This document shows positions 36,880-41,444 of a stretch of DNA of 41,444 nt, piece by piece; position 1 is the stretch's first letter, and the number at the start of each line of letters is the position of its first letter. The stretch is from Desulfobacterales bacterium (GTDB taxonomy: Bacteria; Desulfobacterota; Desulfobacteria; Desulfobacterales; SG8-13). The notes under the pieces are model-generated. The model did no database searches. It saw only the letters and a program-made list of their open reading frames with translations, and was not told the origin of the DNA. The stretch lies in the NCBI GenBank assembly GCA_049687935.1, contig JBAVJU010000210.1, forward strand, positions 1 through 41,444, given 5' to 3'. A program made the position numbers and the translations under genes.

Positions 36880-37785
36880 TTATATAGCAACAGATTTTGG
36901 TTCCTCAACCCGAAGCGGGGTGAGAATGGGAACCCTGCGTGTTTCCCAGGATTCCTTGGAAGAGAAGAATTTTTCAAGGAAGGCGTGGTTGAAGGCATGG
37001 CCGGATTTGATGACGACCAGATGCCCGAGGATCGGCATGCCCAGCAGAGAAAAATCTCCGAGACAATCCAGGATCTTGTGGCGTACAAATTCATCTGGAA
37101 ACCGCAAGCCGCCCGGGTTGACGACCCGGTCCTTATCGATGACCACTGCGTTGTCGAGGGAGCCGCCCAACGCCAGCCCAAAGCGTTTCATATACTCCAC
37201 TTCATGCAGGAATCCAAAGGTCCGGGCCCGGCTGATGTCGGTGGTAAAAACCTTGTCGGTCACGTCGATCCCCAGAGATTGGCGGCCGATCAGCGGGTGA
37301 TCGAAATCGATGGTGCAGGATATCCTGAAAACGTCCGATGGGTAGGCGGTAACGGATTTGTCTCCATCGACGAGTTCGATAGGCTCTCTGAGCACAAAAA
37401 AGTGTCGCGGAACGCCTTGGTTTTCGATTCCGGATTTGGTAATTTGTTCGGTGAACGGACCGGCGCTTCCGTCCATCACCGGAACCTCGTAAGCATCCAG
37501 TTCGATCAGGGCATTGTCGATGAAAAGACCGGCAAAGGTTGCCATCAGGTGCTCGATGGTGGATACGATACAACCCTCACTGCCGATAACCGTTGCCAAG
37601 CTGGTGTCCACGACGCGGTTGAACTGGGCTGTGACTCCGGGAGTCCCGGGCAGATCCACCCTTACAAACCGTATTCCATGGTTAATCGGTGCCGGTTTAA
37701 TCGTTAAATTGACCGTTTTTCCTGAATGCAGCCCGATTCCTCTAAACCGAACTGGCTTTCGTAGGGTTCTCTGGCTGACATACAT
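36880..37785 (-). CDS. lpxC: UDP-3-O-acyl-N-acetylglucosamine deacetylase
   Basis: QRTLRKPVRFRGIGLHSGK N-terminus, plus TVIGSEG, EHLMATF, FGFLHEVEYM and KSGHAFNHAF patterns. 301 aa. Confidence 0.9.
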   Translation of the reverse strand: MYVSQRTLRKPVRFRGIGLHSGKTVNLTIKPAPINHGIRFVRVDLPGTPGVTAQFNRVVDTSLATVIGSEGCIVSTIEHLMATFAGLFIDNALIELDAYEVPVMDGSAGPFTEQITKSGIENQGVPRHFFVLREPIELVDGDKSVTAYPSDVFRISCTIDFDHPLIGRQSLGIDVTDKVFTTDISRARTFGFLHEVEYMKRFGLALGGSLDNAVVIDKDRVVNPGGLRFPDEFVRHKILDCLGDFSLLGMPILGHLVVIKSGHAFNHAFLEKFFSSKESWETRRVPILTPLRVEEPKSVAI

Positions 37786-38029
37786 GAATTCTCAACCTCT
37801 CTATAGATTAATCATCGGATTGATGTCAAAAATGTGCATTTTTCCCATATTTTATTTTTTGGAAAAAGACAATAAAAAAACCCATATTCCTTAATACCCG
37901 ATCTGACAGTCTTGCCTTAGATGAATCACATTAAGCCTCAACATCGCCATGTCAAGGCGCCTGAGACGGCAAGCGCTGTGAGCGAAAACGTTTTCTGAAT
38001 GCTGAAGAGGTTTTTTTCAGCCAGAGGGC

Positions 38030-38818
38030 TTATTCGATCGATTCCAAAGGCAGTCCGACCACGTCGGGATTCTCGCCTGCCTCATTAGTTTCGATAGGTC
38101 CAAAAAGGTCGATTCGATTGGTTTCGGTGGGCTTCTTCGGGGAGCTTTTGGTAGGCACATTTTTTTTTACCTGAGCTTTTGAAGCCATGAAATCCGCCGG
38201 CATCGGCTTCTGCTTTTTCATGAGCGCTGCGGGGATGAGGATCTTGTCGCCGACATTTATCCCCCGCGGGTTGAGGCCCTTATTGACGTCAACCAGGCGT
38301 TTCCAGTTGTCCGCCGAGCCGGTGTACCAGTTGGAAATCGCAATCAGGGTCTCTCCCGACCGACGGACAGTGTGAACGTAGGGGGTCGGTTCAACAGGGG
38401 ATGGCACGCTCTTCTTCGAGGCGCTGGGGTTCATGAAATCCACCGGCATTGTCAGTTGCGTTTTCATGAGCGCTGCGGGAATGAGAATCTCGTCACCGAC
38501 TTTTATCCGCCGCGGGTTGAGGCCGTTATTGGCTTGAACCAGGCGTTTCCAGTTGTCCGCCGAGCCGGTATACCAGCTGGAAATCGCAACAAGGGTCTCA
38601 CCCGATCGACTGACGGTGTGAACAAAGGGTGCCGGCTCAGCAACGGTCTCCGGTTCCGGGGGCTGTGGCTGCGTTAATGGTTGGACGGGGGAGACCGAGG
38701 TCGGTTGATCGGTCGGTGCTTGGCGTGATTCCACCTGAGTCATGCTGCAATTAACCAGCGACAGAAGCACCCACGCAAGAGTTATCCCGGTTAGGGTCAA
38801 CCGCGATTTCGTCATCAC
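38030..38818 (-). CDS. secreted protein with two LysM peptidoglycan-binding modules
   Basis: Signal peptide, then two copies of HTV(S/R)RSGETL(V/I)AIS.WYTGSADNWKRLV..N.GLNPR.I.VGD.ILIP (LysM pattern). A GTG at 38818 (GGAGG 7 nt upstream) or an ATG at 38815 overlaps the stop of the upstream ATPase gene. Confidence 0.8.
   Translation of the reverse strand: MMTKSRLTLTGITLAWVLLSLVNCSMTQVESRQAPTDQPTSVSPVQPLTQPQPPEPETVAEPAPFVHTVSRSGETLVAISSWYTGSADNWKRLVQANNGLNPRRIKVGDEILIPAALMKTQLTMPVDFMNPSASKKSVPSPVEPTPYVHTVRRSGETLIAISNWYTGSADNWKRLVDVNKGLNPRGINVGDKILIPAALMKKQKPMPADFMASKAQVKKNVPTKSSPKKPTETNRIDLFGPIETNEAGENPDVVGLPLESIE
38186..38677. repeat. in-frame tandem duplication, 2 x 246 bp, inside the LysM gene
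   Basis: Unit A starts at 38186 and unit B at 38432 (both CATGAAATCC...). Long identical runs are shared between the units (for example AACCAGGCGTTTCCAGTTGTCCGCCGAGCCGGT). The period is 246 bp, or 82 codons. Confidence 0.8.
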
Positions 38819-40899
38819 CTGCCAGCCTCCGCGTCAGCCTTGAACTGTTTCAGGAAAGTTTGTGCCTTTTGGTTGTCCGGTTTGACCGCCACCGCCTTCT
38901 CAAGGTTGGTCCGGCTCTCCTCTTTTTTCCCCAGTTTCTGTTGAACCATGGCGAGGTTGAAAAGAGCCTTGTCTAAATAAGGAGGATGAGTCCGGACAAC
39001 CCGTGCAAACATTTTTTCGGCGTCCGCATACATTCCGGTGGATGCATAAATGAATCCCAGGTTGAATAAAGCATCTGCAAGGTCAGGATCCAGACCGACG
39101 GCCTTTTGGTAGGCCTCGATAGCCCGGGCGTAGTCCTTGGAGCGGGTGTATATTTTACCCAGAACGAAATGGGCCTGGACGTTTTTTGGGTCCAGAGCGA
39201 CGGCTTTGCGCAATATGGTTTCGGCTTCAAGCGGAGATTTTTCCAAAATACGGCCGGCCTGGCCTGTGAGGGCCTGGGCATAGAGCGGCTTGAACTCCGT
39301 CAATCCATCGGTGTTACGGGTCGCATCCAGCAACTCCAGCGCCAAAGGATAATTTTTCTGCGCGAGCGCTCCCTTCGCCAAGTCCAGTGAAGAAAACCGC
39401 TGCGACTCCTGGTCTTCAACCGGCGACGGTGCGGCCCGCTCTCCTGCAGTTGGGGCTTGACCTGCCGGTTTCGGCGATACCGGAGCAGGCGTTCCATCCA
39501 CGGGGTCCGCGGCTGCAAGGCCCCGGTTTTCGAGCGGTCTTCCACTGGAACGGCCTTTTTCCGGCGCCGATGCAGAACGCAGTCCGTTTTTTTCGGCAGG
39601 TGGCTGCGACGTCACAGGTGCAGCCGCGCTGGACAGGGATACCCCCTGCCCTTGCACGGCAGCGGTCCCGTTCGACAGCGTCGGAACCTCTGTTTTTTCC
39701 GCGGGGGTGGCCTGCACCATCAGGGTCAGTGCGACCGCTACAATTCCAATACCGGCAACCAAGCCGCCGTAAAATAATGTTTGCCGTTTGACTCTTGAAA
39801 AAGATCTCTTGATTTCTTCATCGACCGGATTGGTTTCAGCCGCATGAGGCACGCTGGCCCGGCCTTCTAATGAAAGTTCTTCGTTGCTCACTGCGGTGGT
39901 CGCCGCTTCTTTCGCTACCCTTTTCTTACCAACACCATCTCCGGCCGACAATTCGGCAGAAAAGCGAGTCCAGCTTACCGTCACGGCTCGAATGAGCCGC
40001 CGAACCAACGGCTCCCGCAAGGGATCGCGGGGGGCCGCCCGTTGCCGGTTCTTCAGCTTGTCGATAAACGCTTTTTCTATTATCGATCCGGTTTCACCGG
40101 GAAAACGAATTTCTCGGGCGCATTCATTGACGACCTCGGGCGATATTGTTTTCAGGCCCTGGACATAGCCGGTCAGGAGAGAGTGATCACAGATGACATT
40201 GATGAGGCGTGGATACCCCCGCGAAAAACGATAAATTTCATGGATCGCATCCGATGTGAACAGCTGTGCCTCGCTGCCGGCAACTCTCAGACGATGACCC
40301 ATATACTGCACCATTTCGCTTTCAGAAAGGGGCTGTATGTCGTAAAACAGCGTGACCCTTTGACGCAGGGCCCGGCACTCCGGCAACAGCAGCGACTGCT
40401 TCAATTCATTCTGGCCGATAAAGAAAATGTTGATCAGCCTTTTACCAGACTGCTCTGCGTTGGACAGCAGCCGTATTTCTTCCAGGAGATCTTGCGATAG
40501 GCGATGAGCCTCGTCAATGACGAGCAAAACGATCCTGCCGTCGAAATGCGCCTGTTTTAAATAGCGGTTGAAGTAAAGGATAAAATCGGCTTTGTTGTCG
40601 ATAGCTGCCGTCGGGTCGTAGGATTTTGCAACAATTTTCAAAAAGTCGAGGGTGTCGAGCTTGGGATTGTTGATGTTGGCGACCAGAACATCATCACCTA
40701 AACTTTCAAGAAGGGCGTTCAGCAGGGTGGTCTTACCGGTCCCGATGCCGCCGGTCAAAACCACGAACCCGTTTCTTTCCAGAACACCGTATTTCAGAAC
40801 GGCCAGGGCCTCCTGATGTTTCTCTCCAAACCAAAGAAAGCGGGGATCGGTATCTATTCGGAATGGCTTTTCCGCCAAGTTGAAGTAGGAGAGATACAT
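38815..40899 (-). CDS. ExeA/GspA/MshM-like AAA+ ATPase fused via a TM helix and Pro/Ala-rich linker to C-terminal TPR repeats
   Basis: MYLSYFNLAEKPF N-terminus typical of ExeA-type proteins, Walker A GGIGTGKTT, Walker B LLVIDEAH, a TM helix LFYGGLVAGIGIVAVALTLMV, a low-complexity P/A/S linker, then at least 4 TPR repeats (AIEAYQKAVGLDP, AEKMFARVV, etc.). Confidence 0.8.
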   Translation of the reverse strand: MYLSYFNLAEKPFRIDTDPRFLWFGEKHQEALAVLKYGVLERNGFVVLTGGIGTGKTTLLNALLESLGDDVLVANINNPKLDTLDFLKIVAKSYDPTAAIDNKADFILYFNRYLKQAHFDGRIVLLVIDEAHRLSQDLLEEIRLLSNAEQSGKRLINIFFIGQNELKQSLLLPECRALRQRVTLFYDIQPLSESEMVQYMGHRLRVAGSEAQLFTSDAIHEIYRFSRGYPRLINVICDHSLLTGYVQGLKTISPEVVNECAREIRFPGETGSIIEKAFIDKLKNRQRAAPRDPLREPLVRRLIRAVTVSWTRFSAELSAGDGVGKKRVAKEAATTAVSNEELSLEGRASVPHAAETNPVDEEIKRSFSRVKRQTLFYGGLVAGIGIVAVALTLMVQATPAEKTEVPTLSNGTAAVQGQGVSLSSAAAPVTSQPPAEKNGLRSASAPEKGRSSGRPLENRGLAAADPVDGTPAPVSPKPAGQAPTAGERAAPSPVEDQESQRFSSLDLAKGALAQKNYPLALELLDATRNTDGLTEFKPLYAQALTGQAGRILEKSPLEAETILRKAVALDPKNVQAHFVLGKIYTRSKDYARAIEAYQKAVGLDPDLADALFNLGFIYASTGMYADAEKMFARVVRTHPPYLDKALFNLAMVQQKLGKKEESRTNLEKAVAVKPDNQKAQTFLKQFKADAEAGR

Positions 40900-41168
40900 T
40901 TGTGGTCTTTTCTAACGTGCGGTTTCGTATACGGCCGCTTTTAGGGAAATGACGCCACGATTACACAAAATTGCCGTTCAAATGATGCTCAAGTTTTAAA
41001 AGATCATCATAATGCAAGAGCCCTCAAAAAAACAGGTCGGCTTTAGTGACGGAACATGAGAAAAGAAGAGTGCGGGGACGGTCCTGTCGAAGACCATAAA
41101 AGAAACCTCGGGATGTAACGCCACTTAAGAGGTTAAATATTCTTGAATCCCATGATTGGGGCAATTTT

Positions 41169-41197
41169 TATATACCAACACTTCCATCGGCTGTCAA
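41169..41197 (-). promoter_or_regulatory. strong sigma-70-like promoter reading toward the ExeA-like gene
   Basis: On the minus strand: TTGACA (plus-strand coordinates 41197-41192), a 17-nt spacer, then TATATA (41174-41169). It predicts a leader of about 260 nt before the ATG at 40899. Confidence 0.4.
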
Positions 41198-41444
41198 GCC
41201 GCATGCTGATTGGCTCCGGAACGAAAGTCCCCCCTCCGCGGCTTGTTCCCGGCCGTCTTCAGCGCTGTTAATCGTTGATCAAATTAGAGCCGTGTGGTAA
41301 GCGCCGAGTGGATATTCGCGTCGGATGCCTATTCTTTGCGAGAAGCGAGTATTCAACTAAATTTAATCTTTCTGAAGGCTTGGTTTTGAAACCACTCCTT
41401 CGCAAAGGGTGAAGACATGTTGGCCCGGGTCTTGAGCAGCGCCG

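Noticed and set aside
41215-41235. CGGAACGAAAGTCCCCCC resembling the RNase P RNA P4 motif (GGAAAGUCC), or a GNRA hairpin of a riboswitch
   Set aside because: The flanking sequence does not continue like RNase P RNA: there is no GGGCUCC...GGUGCC and no ACAGAA..CGGCUUA. The region is also too short before the window edge. It does not match the GEMM-I consensus (ACGCAAAGCC) either.
41364-41444. Possible gene at the right-hand window edge
   Set aside because: Two readings are possible. One is a plus-strand ATG at 41417 preceded by an AGGGTGA RBS. The other is the 3' end of a minus-strand ORF stopping at about 41364 (...GAAQDPGQHVFTLCEGVVSKPSLQKD*). With 80 nt or less available, neither can be supported, so no feature is called.
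1-41444. Defence systems, toxin-antitoxin pairs, CRISPR arrays, prophage or transposon remnants
   Set aside because: I saw no direct-repeat arrays, no nuclease/helicase/methylase clusters, and no integrase or transposase motifs. The only small HTH gene is followed by pilM rather than a toxin. The window reads as core chromosome.

Overview
A 41.4-kb chromosomal window that is almost entirely coding: about 38 CDS, with no rRNA, tRNA, CRISPR array, transposase, integrase or phage genes that I can see. The gene content (a RACo-like ASKHA protein, GTP-PEPCK, several sigma-54 enhancer-binding regulators, pilMNOPQ with a multi-AMIN secretin) suggests a Desulfobacterota/deltaproteobacterial-type genome, but that is inference only.

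Layout:
- 1-7.3 kb: ASKHA protein (5' end cut by the window edge); on the minus strand, pckG - ampG - protein of unknown function, then rdgB.
- 7.9-14.5 kb, plus strand: recN, an FmdB zinc-ribbon protein, a Fur-FeoA fusion regulator, a PflX-like radical SAM enzyme, a metallophosphatase, a PfkB kinase and a membrane TPR protein.
- 14.5-17.4 kb, minus strand: a sensor kinase plus a sigma-54 response regulator.
- 17.4-18.1 kb: an AT-rich control region.
- 18.1-25.2 kb: an XRE-HTH gene followed by pilM-pilN-pilO-pilP-pilQ, a bidirectional terminator and a convergent pilW/pilF-like TPR lipoprotein gene.
- 25.2-28.0 kb, minus strand: serS - thrC.
- 28.0-30.1 kb, plus strand: a candidate 6S RNA, then 5-formyl-THF cyclo-ligase, pcm and a yqaA-like gene.
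- 30.1-40.9 kb, minus strand: an ExeA/MshM-like ATPase-TPR protein, a double-LysM protein, lpxC, a DUF4390-like protein, an NtrY-like kinase, an NtrX-like regulator, rsmD, coaD and a LysR regulator.

I see no convincing defence or mobile island. The items most worth follow-up are:
1. The translationally coupled ExeA/MshM-ATPase-TPR + 2xLysM pair, a possible secretin/peptidoglycan assembly module.
2. The Fur-FeoA domain fusion.
3. A natural GAFPGA variant of the sigma-54 contact loop in the NtrX-like regulator.
4. A hand-folded 6S RNA candidate in the expected position upstream of 5-formyl-THF cyclo-ligase.
5. An 18-bp perfect palindrome in front of an XRE gene that leads the pil operon.

All product calls rest on motifs I recognised by eye in the supplied translations. 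No database search was run. Several 'M' starts in the ORF track are actually TTG or GTG codons.
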